Source: Wolbachia endosymbiont of Dirofilaria (Dirofilaria) immitis (GTDB lineage: Bacteria; Pseudomonadota; Alphaproteobacteria; Rickettsiales; Anaplasmataceae). From it: DNA of 32,000 nt. Under the pieces are notes generated by a model that did no database searches, was not told the origin of the DNA, and saw only the letters and a list, made by a program, of their open reading frames with translations. Positions 17,487-28,805 of this stretch are shown here, piece after piece. Every line of letters starts with the position of its first letter. Position 1 is the stretch's first letter. The stretch is from the NCBI RefSeq assembly GCF_013365455.1, contig NZ_CP046578.1, positions 810,001 to 842,000 of the forward strand, read 5' to 3'. Both the position numbers and the translations under genes were made by a program.

Positions 17487-20189
17487 ATGCAAAACAATAT
17501 AGTGCCAGTTTCAATAGTAAAAGAACTGGAGGATTCTTATCTTTCCTATGCAATGAGCGTAATTATAAGTAGAGCTATACCTGACGTACGAGATGGGTTC
17601 AAACCAGTTCATAGACGCATATTATATGCGATGTCAAGAGCTGGATACGATGCTGGTAAGCCATATAAAAAGGCTGCTCGTATAGTCGGAGATGTAATGG
17701 GAAAATATCATCCACATGGTGATATGGCTATTTATGATTCCTTAGTTAGAATGGCCCAAGACTTCTCTCTGCTTCTACCACTTATTGATGGACAAGGTAA
17801 CTTCGGTTCAATAGACGGCGACCCACCAGCTTCGATGCGATACACAGAAGCAAGGCTTCACAGAATGTCACACTTTTTATTGAATGATATTGATGAAGAT
17901 ACGGTTGACTTCAAGCCAAACTATGATGGGAATGAAATAGAGCCTGTCGTGCTGCCTGCAGAGTTTCCAAATTTATTGGTAAATGGTGCTAGTGGCGTTG
18001 CAGTTGGCATGGCAACTAACATCCCTTCTCATAATCTTGGAGAGATAATTGATGCTTGTATATTATATATAGATAACCCCAAAGTTACCCTAGATGAGCT
18101 ACTTGAAGTTATACCTGGACCAGATTTTCCAACTGGTGGAACGATTCTTGGCAAATCTGGTATAAGATCAGCATTTGCCACAGGTCGAGGCTCAATTGCT
18201 ATGCAAGGCAAAACCCATATAGAAAACCTACCACAAGATAGACAAGCAATAATTATTGATGAAATACCTTATCAAGTAAATAAAGTAAAACTAATTGAAA
18301 AAATAGGTGAGCTTGTAAAAGAAAAGAAAATTGACGGCATAACAGGAATTAGAGATGAGTCTGACAAAACTGGTATTAGGATAGTAATTGATCTTAGAAA
18401 AAATACTGCAGCAGACTTTGTATTGAATCAAATACTGGAACTTACTCCTCTAAGAAGCAGTTTCAGCGTTAATACTTTAGTCCTCAATAATAACAGACCT
18501 GCTTTAATGTCATTAAAAGAAATCATAGCTGCTTTTATTGATTTTAGAAAAGAAGCCATAACAAGAAGAACAGAATTCCGTCTAAGAAAAATTAGAGAAA
18601 AAGCTCATATATATATAGGGCTCTACATTGCAGTCTTGAACATAGATGAAGTGATAAAAGTTATTCGCGCTGCAAAAGATCCTGAAGAAGCAAGCAAAGA
18701 GCTTTTGAATAAGAAATGGAAAACTTCAGCTGAAATAAACATAATTGTTGAACTAATTTCAGATAGTATGATCTTTTTGAAAAATAGAGCATATAGATTA
18801 ACTGGTCTGCAAGCGAAAGCCATTCTTGACATGAAACTACAGCGTTTAACAGGCCTTGAGAAAGATAAATTAGAAGATGAGTTAAATTTAACAGTCAACT
18901 TAATAAAAGAATACACTGCTTTTCTTGGCTCAGAAGAAAAATTGATGCAAGAAATAAAAAATAATTTACAAGAAATAAAGAACAGATTTGCTGTATCACG
19001 AAAGACTGTAATAGAAGAATCAGATACAGATATTGAAGCCGAAGATCTTATTCCACAAGAAGATATGGTAGTAACCGTAACCATGAATGGTTATATCAAA
19101 CGCGTGAAGCTTTCTCACTATAGAACACAGCGTCGTGGTGGAAAAGGGAAATTAGGACAAGGATTAAAAGAAGAGGATGTAACTACAAAATTATTTGTTG
19201 GAAATACCCATACTAGTCTCTTATTTTTTTCCAATATTGGTCGAGTCTATAGATTAAAAGTTTATAAATTACCCCTAGCAGAACCAACTGCACGTGGAAG
19301 AGCACTTGTTAATATATTTCCTCTTACTGATGGTGAAACAATTACCAACATAATGCCGTTGCCAAGTGAGAGCGATGAAAATCAGAATATAATTTTTGCT
19401 ACTGCTCATGGAAACATAAGACGTAACTCCTTAGCAGATTTTCACTATATTCCAAGTAATGGGAAAATAGCAATAAAACTCGATGAAGGAGATAAACTAA
19501 TATCGGTTAAAGTATGTAATGAAATTGATCACGTTTTACTTTCAACAACATTTGGAAAAGGCATTAGATTCGTCGTAAGCGATGTACGTCAATTTAAAAG
19601 TCGTAACTCAGATGGCGTAAGAGGAATAAAACTTGCAAAACATGATAGCGTGATATCCATGACTATACTAAATGGTATAGGCGCTGCAACAGAAATAAAA
19701 GAGCTTTACTTAAAAGTTCCACTCGCAAAAAGGCTGGAAGCTGCAATCAGTAGCTCTATTAATTCTAAATTAGAAAAGATCCTCAATGATTTAGGAATAG
19801 ATAATGAATTATTCTTAAAACTCGCAATCAACGAAGAGTTTATATTAACTATAACTGAAAATGGCTTTGGCAAAAGAACTTCTGCATACGAATATAGAGT
19901 AACCAGTAGAGGTGGTGTTGGTATTACCAATATTCTTACTACTAGTAGAAACGGTAGTGTTATTGCTAGCTTTCCAGTCGAGCAGGGTGATAATATAATG
20001 CTCATTACAGATAAAGGAAAGTTAATTCGAATTTTGGTTAATGAAATCAGAATTACAGGACGTAGTACTCAAGGGGTCACTTTATTTAAAACAGAAAATA
20101 AAGAAAAAGTGGTGTCAGCAGCAAAAATTGAAGATCATAGCTCCACTGAAGATAGCATTTCTGAAATTGAAGACTCTATTTCTTCTTAA
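17487..20189 (+). CDS. gyrA: DNA gyrase subunit A
   Basis: 900 aa with [26 protein letters not shown], the [24 protein letters not shown], the catalytic Tyr in [10 protein letters not shown] and the GyrA box QRRGGKG. Confidence 0.95.
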   Translation: MQNNIVPVSIVKELEDSYLSYAMSVIISRAIPDVRDGFKPVHRRILYAMSRAGYDAGKPYKKAARIVGDVMGKYHPHGDMAIYDSLVRMAQDFSLLLPLIDGQGNFGSIDGDPPASMRYTEARLHRMSHFLLNDIDEDTVDFKPNYDGNEIEPVVLPAEFPNLLVNGASGVAVGMATNIPSHNLGEIIDACILYIDNPKVTLDELLEVIPGPDFPTGGTILGKSGIRSAFATGRGSIAMQGKTHIENLPQDRQAIIIDEIPYQVNKVKLIEKIGELVKEKKIDGITGIRDESDKTGIRIVIDLRKNTAADFVLNQILELTPLRSSFSVNTLVLNNNRPALMSLKEIIAAFIDFRKEAITRRTEFRLRKIREKAHIYIGLYIAVLNIDEVIKVIRAAKDPEEASKELLNKKWKTSAEINIIVELISDSMIFLKNRAYRLTGLQAKAILDMKLQRLTGLEKDKLEDELNLTVNLIKEYTAFLGSEEKLMQEIKNNLQEIKNRFAVSRKTVIEESDTDIEAEDLIPQEDMVVTVTMNGYIKRVKLSHYRTQRRGGKGKLGQGLKEEDVTTKLFVGNTHTSLLFFSNIGRVYRLKVYKLPLAEPTARGRALVNIFPLTDGETITNIMPLPSESDENQNIIFATAHGNIRRNSLADFHYIPSNGKIAIKLDEGDKLISVKVCNEIDHVLLSTTFGKGIRFVVSDVRQFKSRNSDGVRGIKLAKHDSVISMTILNGIGAATEIKELYLKVPLAKRLEAAISSSINSKLEKILNDLGIDNELFLKLAINEEFILTITENGFGKRTSAYEYRVTSRGGVGITNILTTSRNGSVIASFPVEQGDNIMLITDKGKLIRILVNEIRITGRSTQGVTLFKTENKEKVVSAAKIEDHSSTEDSISEIEDSISS

Positions 20190-20272
20190 TCGTAGTAATA
20201 CATAAGCACAGCTAAAAGTAAAAAATCCAAGTTTCTATTGATTAATTTACAGTATTTAGATTAAAATATAGG

Positions 20273-20893
20273 ATGGTAGCCAAACAGAAATTAATGGACA
20301 AGAAATTAACTAAAAATAAAAACCCGCAAGTAGGAAAGGAGAACAAAAAAACATTTCCTGTTAAAGACTCTACGAAAGGTAAGAGTAGAAGGGATTTCAT
20401 AACATTAACTACATGCGCTATGGCAGGCATAGGAGCTGCAAGTAGTTTTTGGCCATTGATTAAGTCTATGAGCCCTTCTGCTGAAGTCTTAGCTATGTCC
20501 ACAGTCGAGGTCAATTTAACTAATATTCAAGAAGGACAAGAAAAAAAAGTAAAATGGCAAGGTAAACCAGTGTTTATTCGCAGACGTACAAAGCAGGAAA
20601 TTGAGATTGCAAAAGCTGTTGACATAAGAAACCTAAGAGACCCTGAACTAGATGAGCAAAGAGTACACAAGGGGAAAAGTGAGTGGTTAATTATGATAGG
20701 AATATGTACCCACCTTGGGTGTGTTCCAATCAATCACGCTACAAAAGATGGCAACGGCTGGTTCTGTCCTTGCCATGGTTCATATTATGATACATCAGGT
20801 CGAGTAATTGGAGGGCCTGCACCAAAAAATATGGCTATACCTAATTATTTCTTTCTAAGTGAAAATGTTGTGGTGATTGGTAAGAAAGCTTAA
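20273..20893 (+). CDS. petA: Ubiquinol-cytochrome c reductase Rieske iron-sulfur subunit
   Basis: Twin-arginine context [19 protein letters not shown], with Rieske boxes CTHLGCVP and CPCHGSYYD. An alternative start at ATG 20294 is possible. Confidence 0.9.
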   Translation: MVAKQKLMDKKLTKNKNPQVGKENKKTFPVKDSTKGKSRRDFITLTTCAMAGIGAASSFWPLIKSMSPSAEVLAMSTVEVNLTNIQEGQEKKVKWQGKPVFIRRRTKQEIEIAKAVDIRNLRDPELDEQRVHKGKSEWLIMIGICTHLGCVPINHATKDGNGWFCPCHGSYYDTSGRVIGGPAPKNMAIPNYFFLSENVVVIGKKA

Positions 20894-20940
20894 TTAATAT
20901 TAACAATTGTTATATTTTAACTCCAAGTAATCTCCGTACC

Positions 20941-22098
20941 TCAGTTATATTGATAACTAACAGCTACACTTTTACGCATACTCTCTAGTAACAAATTGCT
21001 TTGTGTTATAATCTTTTGCTGATATATCTGCTGTTTAACTGCTTCTATATTTGTCACATTGTTTTTAATACCACACAACATTATTAATTTTATAACACTA
21101 TTTTCTCTAAATCTTACTATTTCATTCATACCAGTTTTACTAAATAAAGCCTGTAAATCAGGATTCAAGCTCCTTACTTTTATTTCAAATTCCTTTGGGT
21201 TTGGCAGCTTAAGACCACCTGCAAATTCATCAAAATTTAAACAACTTACCTTTTGTCTCTTAAGATCGTTTAATAAATCTTCTGAGTCTTTAACCACAAC
21301 CTGTTTCAATTTTAAAGTGCTTTCCAACAGTGCATAACCAAGCTGTACTTTATCTACCACTTTTATAATAGAATATCCTTCTCCACTGAAATTGACTGGT
21401 CCTGTTACATCACCAATTTCCAACCCTTCTAGAATACTTCTGAGATTACCTTTCAGATGACTTAAATTAACTGTTGTTTTACGCATTCTTACCGAAGATT
21501 CCGGAACAAAGTCATTACCACTATTGCGTAATTTTTCCACTAAATCCTCAGCCATGCTATAAATATTTTTGTCTCTCTGGCTAGAAACTATAAATTCCTG
21601 GAACACAACAAGATAATCTGGCTTTTCTATCTGCTCGCGTGCATCGTTTATTTCATTATCACTTATATCAATAAATGGTGCAATTTTTATTTCAATGATT
21701 TTACCCCACAACAGTTGACATTCTATCTGCTTCTTTAAAAGACTAAGGTCTATGTTATGCTTTTTTACATACTGATTAACTTCATCATCTTTAATTTTAA
21801 AGCTTTGAGTTAAAAATAATATGGTAGCGTCATCTAACTCTTCACTACTCAATTTTATATTTAATCTTTTTGCCTCATTAATAATGATAATTTCATCTAC
21901 TAACTGACCAAGAATTTGAAGCTTCAGTTCCTTTCTATCTTTGGCGTTGGACAACGAATCTATCAAACTAAGGCGTTTTTCAATATCTAAATTTGAAATT
22001 GGTATACCATTTACATCTGCAACAATTTTAATCTCAATTGCAATCAACTTAATTGGCAACATCATTAACAATAAGATTAGCGCTTTACGCATAAACAA
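20941..22098 (-). CDS. SurA-like periplasmic chaperone with a degenerate parvulin-like region
   Basis: Signal-peptide-like N-terminus (KALILLLMMLPIKLIA), a SurA-N-like start (VADVNGIPISNLDIEKR) and a parvulin-like end (GDVTGPVNFSGEGYSIIKVVDK). Start is TTG 22098 or ATG 22092. Confidence 0.6.
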   Translation of the reverse strand: MFMRKALILLLMMLPIKLIAIEIKIVADVNGIPISNLDIEKRLSLIDSLSNAKDRKELKLQILGQLVDEIIIINEAKRLNIKLSSEELDDATILFLTQSFKIKDDEVNQYVKKHNIDLSLLKKQIECQLLWGKIIEIKIAPFIDISDNEINDAREQIEKPDYLVVFQEFIVSSQRDKNIYSMAEDLVEKLRNSGNDFVPESSVRMRKTTVNLSHLKGNLRSILEGLEIGDVTGPVNFSGEGYSIIKVVDKVQLGYALLESTLKLKQVVVKDSEDLLNDLKRQKVSCLNFDEFAGGLKLPNPKEFEIKVRSLNPDLQALFSKTGMNEIVRFRENSVIKLIMLCGIKNNVTNIEAVKQQIYQQKIITQSNLLLESMRKSVAVSYQYN

Positions 22099-22323
22099 GA
22101 TTATCTAGTTAACAACCAATTTTATAATAAATATTGAGTTAATACTAGCTAATAGGTACCTTCTAAAGATTACTCTTATAGTATATTCATAAATACTTTA
22201 GCTTGTTAACATACCAACATTATATTAATATAAGTTAATAGGACAAAAATTTTGAGCACTCTCAAATTGAGTATTTCAAATTTCTTATAGGAAAATCACG
22301 CTAAGAAGTAAATTAGTTCATAT

Positions 22324-23691
22324 ATGATCAATAGAGATGAAACCATTTTCGCTTTATCAACTGTATTTGGCAAGTCAAGCGTTGCAGTAATCAGAATTTC
22401 AGGTAATCATGCACTTAAAGTTTTAAGTCACTTTCAGATTAAGAAAAACATTAAGCCAAGGTTTGCTACTTTAGTAGATTTATATGACAATTCAGGTCAA
22501 TTGATTGACAATGGAATAGTAATTTATTTTCCTGCTCCTAGTAGCTTTACCGGCGAGGATATTATAGAGTTACAAGTGCATGGAAGCAAGGCAGTCATAA
22601 AAATAATTCTGGAAGAATTATCAAAAATTTTTGTCATGGCTAAGCCTGGAGAATTTTCACTCAGGGCTTTTCTAAATTGCAAACTTAACTTAACACAAAT
22701 AGAAGGGATCGCAGACTTGATTAATGCTGAGACAAGAATGCAAGCTAGACAAGCAATTAGGCAATTGTCAGGAGAATTAGAGAAATTGTCTAACAGTTGG
22801 AGGCAGAGATTAATAATAATACAATCCAAAATCGAAGCATATATAGACTTTCCAGAAGATATCGCAATAGAAAGAAATGAACTGGAAAAAATCAATAATG
22901 AAGTGCAAGCTCTTGTGCAGTCAATACAAGCACATCTAAATGACAATAGACAAGGTGAAAGGTTGCGTGATGGTTTACATATTGTAATAACTGGTAAACC
23001 AAATGTTGGTAAATCAACACTATTTAACTTCCTTGCCAAACGTGATATCGCTATTGTCTCTGAACATGCAGGCACAACAAGAGACGTGCTTGAAGCTCAT
23101 ATTGACATTGGTGGGTATCCAATCATCCTTTCTGACACTGCTGGAATTCATGAAAGTTTAGATCCAATAGAATCAGAAGGTATAAGTCGAGCAAGAAAAA
23201 AGTCTTATGAAGCGGATCTGAGAATAGAGCTATTTGCCTATAGTCCTACTGTTATTCAAACTAGAATTCAGAAACGCATTCTAATATCAACCACCCTTAT
23301 GGAATCAAACCAAGATAACACTATTTACGTGTTAAGCAAAGCTGACGATATCACAAGTGATCATGATATAAAGATTAATGGCATAGATTTTTTACCTATC
23401 TCCATTTTAAAAGGAACAGGTACAGAGAGATTAATCTCTATAATCAAGGAAAAAGTAGAGAAAAAACTTGGTTATGATAGAGAAGATACGCCTGTAATTA
23501 CCAGACAAAGACACAGAAATTGTATGCAGAGAGCCATAGAACACTTACAACGTTTTAGTATAAACAATCCAGTCGAGATAATGTCTGAAGATTTAAGACT
23601 TGCTGTATCTGAACTTGATACGATAACAGGAATTATTAATGTTGAAGAAATATTGAATAATATATTTAACAACTTTTGCGTGGGCAAGTGA
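22324..23691 (+). CDS. mnmE: tRNA modification GTPase MnmE (TrmE)
   Basis: N-terminal [24 protein letters not shown]1 box [13 protein letters not shown]3 box DTAG, and the C-terminal CxGK motif (FCVGK). Confidence 0.92.
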   Translation: MINRDETIFALSTVFGKSSVAVIRISGNHALKVLSHFQIKKNIKPRFATLVDLYDNSGQLIDNGIVIYFPAPSSFTGEDIIELQVHGSKAVIKIILEELSKIFVMAKPGEFSLRAFLNCKLNLTQIEGIADLINAETRMQARQAIRQLSGELEKLSNSWRQRLIIIQSKIEAYIDFPEDIAIERNELEKINNEVQALVQSIQAHLNDNRQGERLRDGLHIVITGKPNVGKSTLFNFLAKRDIAIVSEHAGTTRDVLEAHIDIGGYPIILSDTAGIHESLDPIESEGISRARKKSYEADLRIELFAYSPTVIQTRIQKRILISTTLMESNQDNTIYVLSKADDITSDHDIKINGIDFLPISILKGTGTERLISIIKEKVEKKLGYDREDTPVITRQRHRNCMQRAIEHLQRFSINNPVEIMSEDLRLAVSELDTITGIINVEEILNNIFNNFCVGK

Positions 23692-23739
23692 AATTTTATA
23701 GATTGCTTGGAATCAAATATTGTGGTAAAAAAAAGAGAC

Positions 23740-23827
23740 GGACGGATGGCCGAGTGGTTTAAGGCACCAGTCTTGAAAACTGACGTACGTGGCAAGCGTA
23801 CCATGGGTTCGAATCCCATTCCGTCTG
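23740..23827 (+). tRNA. tRNA-Ser (anticodon UGA)
   Basis: GGACGGA TG GCCGAGTGGTTTAAGGC..CCAGT CTTGAAA ACTGA, then a long variable arm (CGTACGTGGCAAGCGTACC), then ATGGG TTCGAAT CCCAT TCCGTCT G. This is a class II tRNA with a G1-U72 wobble and anticodon TGA after U33. Confidence 0.9.
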
Positions 23828-23861
23828 TATATTATTCGATCACTAAATTAAGGTTCCTAAT

Positions 23862-24473
23862 TTAAAAGAAACCAATTCTTGGGAGGATAACCTTATCATA
23901 AATTTCACTATACACTTGATTATTGTCTTTAGCTTCAATGTGAGTAATAATATAGCATCTCTTGTTTTTTTTTAGTGCTATTTCTTGAAATCCTTTTCTA
24001 ACTTTATCATAAAAGCAGATATCCATCTCTTCATATTTATTTTTATCCTTTGCCCTGCTTAACCCAACTTGAACATCAATATCTAGAATAAATGTAATAT
24101 CTGGGTATCTAATTTTCACTAACTCATGGAGATTCTCTATCAATCTCAAGTCAATACCTAACCCATATCCTTGATAAGCAATCGTCGAGTCAATAAACCG
24201 ATCACAAATCACTATCTTCCCTTCTTTCAGGGCCGGCAATATTAATTTTTTCATATGCTCATACCTCATTGAAACAAATAGTAGAAGTTCAGAGATAGAA
24301 TCAATACTATCTCTCAAAAGCATTCCTCTTACCTTTTCTGCAAAGCTAGTTCCGCCTGGCTCTCGGGTTAGTATGACACAATTTTCACCACGAATTTGCT
24401 TAAGACTATTTGCAAGTAACTCAGATTGTGTTGTCTTGCCAGAGCCATCCACCCCTTCAAATGTTACAAACAT
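23862..24473 (-). CDS. tmk: Thymidylate kinase
   Basis: MFVTFEGVDGSGKTTQ P-loop, TREPGGT, and DRFIDSTIAYQG. Confidence 0.9.
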   Translation of the reverse strand: MFVTFEGVDGSGKTTQSELLANSLKQIRGENCVILTREPGGTSFAEKVRGMLLRDSIDSISELLLFVSMRYEHMKKLILPALKEGKIVICDRFIDSTIAYQGYGLGIDLRLIENLHELVKIRYPDITFILDIDVQVGLSRAKDKNKYEEMDICFYDKVRKGFQEIALKKNKRCYIITHIEAKDNNQVYSEIYDKVILPRIGFF

Positions 24474-24585
24474 AAGTTCTACAACTGAAACGCTAAAAAA
24501 TATGCAAACCAGTATACATAGGAATCATTTGACATTTAAATAATAAGATTATAAACTACACATGATATATAACTCTCTTTAGCCT

Positions 24586-25158
24586 ATGACTGCACTGAAT
24601 ACTCCGAAGGTAGATTTAAATTTTACTGCAAAGAGTTTTAATCTTCTAGGAATAGACAACAAATACTATACATTAAATGACTGTCGCGGTAAAAATGGCC
24701 TTATTATAATGTTTATATGCAACCACTGTCCCTATGTTCAATCAATTATTAGTGACCTAGTAAGCGACGTTGATCTATTAAAAAAAGGTTATCAAGTTAA
24801 CACTGTTGCAATAATGCCAAATGATACAAATAAATATCCAGAAGACTCATTTGAAAATATGATCAATTTTGCTAAGAAAAACAAGTTTACATTTCCATAT
24901 CTAATTGATAGTACACAAGAAGTAGCTAAAGAGTATGGCGCTGTTTGTACCCCTGACTTTTTTGGCCTTAACGCTAATTTAAAACTTTGCTATCGTGGAC
25001 GCTTTAACGATACAAAAAAAGAAAAAGTTCAAAACTATAAAACAGGGAGTAGCGATTTATTTCAAGCCATGAAATTTATTGCGGAAACTAGCAATCCCCC
25101 AGTTAATCAAAAGCCAAGCATTGGCTGCTCAATCAAGTGGTCTGATTCCAGAGGTTAA
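24586..25158 (+). CDS. Thioredoxin-fold (AhpC/TSA-redoxin-like) protein with a CxxC centre
   Basis: 190 aa with GLIIMFICNHCPYV (a CNHC redox motif), then FPYLIDSTQEVAKEYGAVCTPDFF, typical of the redoxin family. Confidence 0.6.
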   Translation: MTALNTPKVDLNFTAKSFNLLGIDNKYYTLNDCRGKNGLIIMFICNHCPYVQSIISDLVSDVDLLKKGYQVNTVAIMPNDTNKYPEDSFENMINFAKKNKFTFPYLIDSTQEVAKEYGAVCTPDFFGLNANLKLCYRGRFNDTKKEKVQNYKTGSSDLFQAMKFIAETSNPPVNQKPSIGCSIKWSDSRG

Positions 25159-25165
25159 ATATCTC

Positions 25166-26884
25166 ATGCACGGCAGCTCTCAGTATTTATTTGATATTAT
25201 AATTTTACTTTCTGCTGCTGTATTTATAGTTATAGCATTTTGGAAAATGAATATTAGCCCAGTGCTTGGTTATTTCGTTGCAGGTGCATTGATTGGTTCT
25301 CATGGATTTAATCTAATACATTCAGCTAAAGCAATGGACAATTTTGCAGAATTTGGTGTAGTTTTTCTATTATTTATTATAGGCCTTGAATTGACATTCG
25401 AACGCCTTATCGCAATGCGTATTCATGTATTCGGATTTGGCTCTCTTCAAGTTATAGTTACCATGATAGCAATATGGTGCATTGCTCTTGCCTTTGAAGT
25501 GAACACAAATATGGCAGCAGTTATTGGTGGCGGGCTTGCATTGTCTTCAACAGCAATAGTATTGCAGGTCTTACAAGAAAAAGGCTCTCAAGCAAGTCAA
25601 GTTGGCAGGTTATCGATAGCAGTACTATTAATGCAAGATTTCGCAGTAGTACCTTTAATAGTATTAGTTCCCTTACTCACCAGTAATTCTGGAAATAGCC
25701 TAATAAGCTCGCTAATAGGTTCATTAATACAAGCAGCTATTGCGTTAGTACTTATATTTATAACTGGTAGGTTGTTACTTAGACCCTTATTTTCAGTTAT
25801 TGCTAAAATGGAAAGCAATGAGGTTTTTATATCAACAACACTTCTAATAATACTAGGAGCAGCATTTATTACCGAGCAATTTCATTTATCAATGGCACTG
25901 GGTGCATTTGTTGCTGGGCTATTAGTTGCAGAAACAGAACATAGGCACTCAGTAGAACACGCAGTGTTACCATTTAAAGATCTATTTCTCGGCTTATTTT
26001 TCATGACTGTCGGTATGTCAATCGATATTGACCTTTTACTTAGCAAATTACCACTAATCACACTATTATCAGTCATCCTTATTGTCTTAAAAACATCTAT
26101 GATATATGTATTGTGTAGGTTCTTCGGGTTTAGAAGTGCACTTGCTATACAAGCTGGGTTATTGCTTGCACAAGGAGGTGAATTTGCATTTATTCTATTT
26201 CGTTTAGCAAATGAGTTAGATGTACTACCAAGTGAAATCGCTCAGGTGCTTATGATGGTAACTACAGTAACTATGGCTTTTACTCCTCTTTTATCAGGAC
26301 TTGGGGAGTGGATAGCAAACTCATTTAGCACTGAAAAAGTAATACTAGATGATGAAGCGGTTGAAACAGATACACAAGATCTTTATAACCATGTAATAGT
26401 TGCTGGATTTGGCAGAGTAGGGTATATGGTAACAAAAATGCTTACTGCAGAGCACTTAAGTTATGTTATAGTAGATATTCAATCAAAAATAGTCAAAGAA
26501 GGGAAAAGTGATAGCTTTCCTATATATCTTGGAGATGCTACAAGATATGAAATTTTGAAATCAGTAGGCATAGAAAGAGCCCAAGCTCTTGTGATCTCAA
26601 TAAAGAATGAAGTAACTATAAAAAAGATAATTTCTCTAGTCGCAGCAAATTTCCCGCATGTAAGTATCATAATACGCTTACCAGATCTGAGCAATGTAGA
26701 GGTTTATAGAGGTTTAGGAGCTAGTAAAATTATTCCCGAAACATCTGAAATGGGACTGCAATTAGGTGGTGCAGCATTAAGCTTAAGTGGAATTAGTGAA
26801 AGTGGAGTCGCGTCTTTAAAAAACAGATTTAGGAAAGGCAACTACAGCATGATAAAGGATATTAGTAGCGATACAGACGAATGA
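25166..26884 (+). CDS. CPA2-family monovalent cation:proton antiporter with C-terminal RCK/TrkA-N domain (KefB/KefC-like)
   Basis: About 12 hydrophobic helices, including VLGYFVAGALIG and the LGAFVAGLLVAE core, then the Rossmann motif VIVAGFGRVGYMV. ATG 25166 starts 8 nt after the upstream stop; the ORF-track start at 25079 would overlap the preceding gene by 80 nt. Confidence 0.8.
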   Translation: MHGSSQYLFDIIILLSAAVFIVIAFWKMNISPVLGYFVAGALIGSHGFNLIHSAKAMDNFAEFGVVFLLFIIGLELTFERLIAMRIHVFGFGSLQVIVTMIAIWCIALAFEVNTNMAAVIGGGLALSSTAIVLQVLQEKGSQASQVGRLSIAVLLMQDFAVVPLIVLVPLLTSNSGNSLISSLIGSLIQAAIALVLIFITGRLLLRPLFSVIAKMESNEVFISTTLLIILGAAFITEQFHLSMALGAFVAGLLVAETEHRHSVEHAVLPFKDLFLGLFFMTVGMSIDIDLLLSKLPLITLLSVILIVLKTSMIYVLCRFFGFRSALAIQAGLLLAQGGEFAFILFRLANELDVLPSEIAQVLMMVTTVTMAFTPLLSGLGEWIANSFSTEKVILDDEAVETDTQDLYNHVIVAGFGRVGYMVTKMLTAEHLSYVIVDIQSKIVKEGKSDSFPIYLGDATRYEILKSVGIERAQALVISIKNEVTIKKIISLVAANFPHVSIIIRLPDLSNVEVYRGLGASKIIPETSEMGLQLGGAALSLSGISESGVASLKNRFRKGNYSMIKDISSDTDE

Positions 26885-26995
26885 TATTTCTTCGATTCTC
26901 CTCTATTCATTATTCAAGTTTGTATCCAAATGAGTCTCAATATTACTATATAGCTATGCAAACATAGCAACATTAAGGGAAAATATATATTAAAA

Positions 26996-28080
26996 ATGCA
27001 GGAACTATTTGATAAATTTGCCAGCTTTCCTAACATAATAATTAAAATATTAGTACCATCTTATGTTTTAATAAAATTTCTAGGGTGTGTTTTACAAAGA
27101 TAAAATGCACCTACATAGCGCTTAAGATAGTATAGAAGCGCTAATACTAAAAATAGATACTAGTTGGTAGTTATCTTTCCCTACTTAGTAAACTCATTAA
27201 ATATTTAAGCAACACTTATAAACTAGCAAAACGTGTCATTTCAATAACTTAGAAAGGTATCATAATATAGCTAAGACTGATATCCAGAAACTTGATTGCC
27301 AGCAAACACACTAAACTGATAAGCATAAAAAGTATGCTGTATCCCAATGTTAACTACTCAAATGGCAAGGAAAAGATTACTAAGATGAAGAGCAGTAATA
27401 CAAGAAAATAATTGTTTTTTATAATGCTACAGAGTACAGTATTCTCTATAAGTTTTTATACACCACACTGACATTTCTAAAATATCAATTAGCACATTTA
27501 TACAATATGAGACAAGCAGAAAGAATAAATTCTAAAGAGTATATAATAGAGTCATGGACTTCTCATGTAGCCATATAGTACTCCATATATAAGCAAATTG
27601 GTAAGCTCTTCGCAAAGTCAAAGCAGTATTAAAGATACTTTCTTTTAAAACACTGTATCATTAATGATGAAGATGTAAAAAAAGGATAAGATAAGTTTAC
27701 TTACCCCGATCTACGTAGCAATAATATTAACATAATACATAATAAAGAATAAATGACTCTAGTTAACTCTAATCTCACAGAGCCCACTTTTTTTTAATTT
27801 ATCAGACACTTATATTAGTAATAAAGATGTAGAAGTTTTAGCTATGTCAGATTGATAAACCTCGAATAGTTCAACTTACTTAATAATAAAATTGACAAGG
27901 AAAGCAAAGAAACTTTAGGAAAAATTATATAGAATCTGGCTAAATAATAATAACAATATTCTGGGATAGGAGAAAAAAAGCATCTCTACAAATAACTAAC
28001 AACAATTATGCAGCTTTTAGAATTAACGATTATACTATCAAAGATATAGCAATTTTATCTATAACCCTGAGTAGATAGAA
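26996..28080 (+). pseudogene. Possible decayed gene with leucine-rich-repeat-like units, frameshifted and stop-interrupted
   Basis: No ORF of 60 aa or more exists on either strand across 26885-28786. Short plus-strand frames read as LRR-like units at irregular 22-29 codon spacing: FLLKHCIINDEDVKKG (27639-27686), PDLRSNNINIIHNKE (27705-27749), NLSDTYISNKDVEVLAMS (27796-27849), FNLLNNKIDKESKETLGKI (27870-27926), WLNNNNNILG (27937-27966) and FRINDYTIKDIAILSITL (28016-28069). These sit in three different phases. A possible start is MQELFDKFASFPNIIIKILVPSYVLIKFLGCVLQR at 26996. Confidence 0.25.
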
Positions 28081-28805
28081 AATAATACAAATAAAATGTT
28101 AATATTTATTTATATAAAAATATAAAATCATTAGGTTATTATATCAGTTATATAGAAAATCATATCCTTTTATAAATTCTCTAAATCAGATAAATAAATA
28201 CACTTAGATGACTGCATATTTTTCCTCCAGAAAAGCAATACTATTCTTGATCAGTATTTAAAAGAGAAGTTTTCAGGTATTGGAATTTAAAACTTTATCA
28301 TATAGTAACAAAAAGACATTCGGAAGTGCTTGAACACCTACTCTAAAAAACATAAGAACTATCATAAAGATAATCTTAATAAGATGCAGCGACAATTAAA
28401 CAAAAATTGAAATAGTATCCAACAGTCAAAATAATTTAAGTCCCTCAAATGTAGTAGTTAACAAAGGTCTACTACAAAAAAAAATAAATAGTAGCAGATT
28501 CTCTATCTAAGCCGCTTCTATGTTACCAGCAGTCAGTACGTACTATCTCAGAAAAATAGCCCATTGCTCACCTAAAAACACCAGTAGCTAAAATAGCAAG
28601 CAATCGAAGTTAATTATATCTTACTACCGCCGTAAGTATATATTATTGCAGTAAGCTTCCAAAAAGGCGCTTTTAGGCAGCAATACCTAAAATTTTGATA
28701 ACGGTCAACAATTCATTGCATAAAATACATAATAACAATCAAAATATTTTTTTACTTTTTACCATATATTCCTCAACATACTATCTTTAGGTACTAATAA
28801 ATAAT

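Noticed and set aside
22104-22214. GTTAACAA ... TTGTTAAC 8-bp inverted repeat about 95 nt apart, plus a TTTGAG-CACT-CTCAAA mini-hairpin just downstream (22251-22266), all in the divergent surA-like/mnmE intergenic region.
   Set aside because: The core GTTAAC is itself palindromic, so the effective repeat is very short. The mini-hairpin is only 6 bp. Neither is distinguishable from chance.
23472-23819. 115-aa minus-strand ORF spanning the mnmE 3' end and the tRNA-Ser gene.
   Set aside because: It overlaps a well-folded tRNA-Ser on the opposite strand as well as the mnmE C-terminus. The translation is partly the antisense of the tRNA, so it is not a credible gene.
23828-23861. Imperfect hairpin TTAAATTAAGG-TT-CCTAATTTAA between tRNA-Ser and the tmk stop, a possible bidirectional terminator.
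   Set aside because: The stem contains an indel and is almost entirely A-T pairs. It is plausible but too weak to call as a feature.
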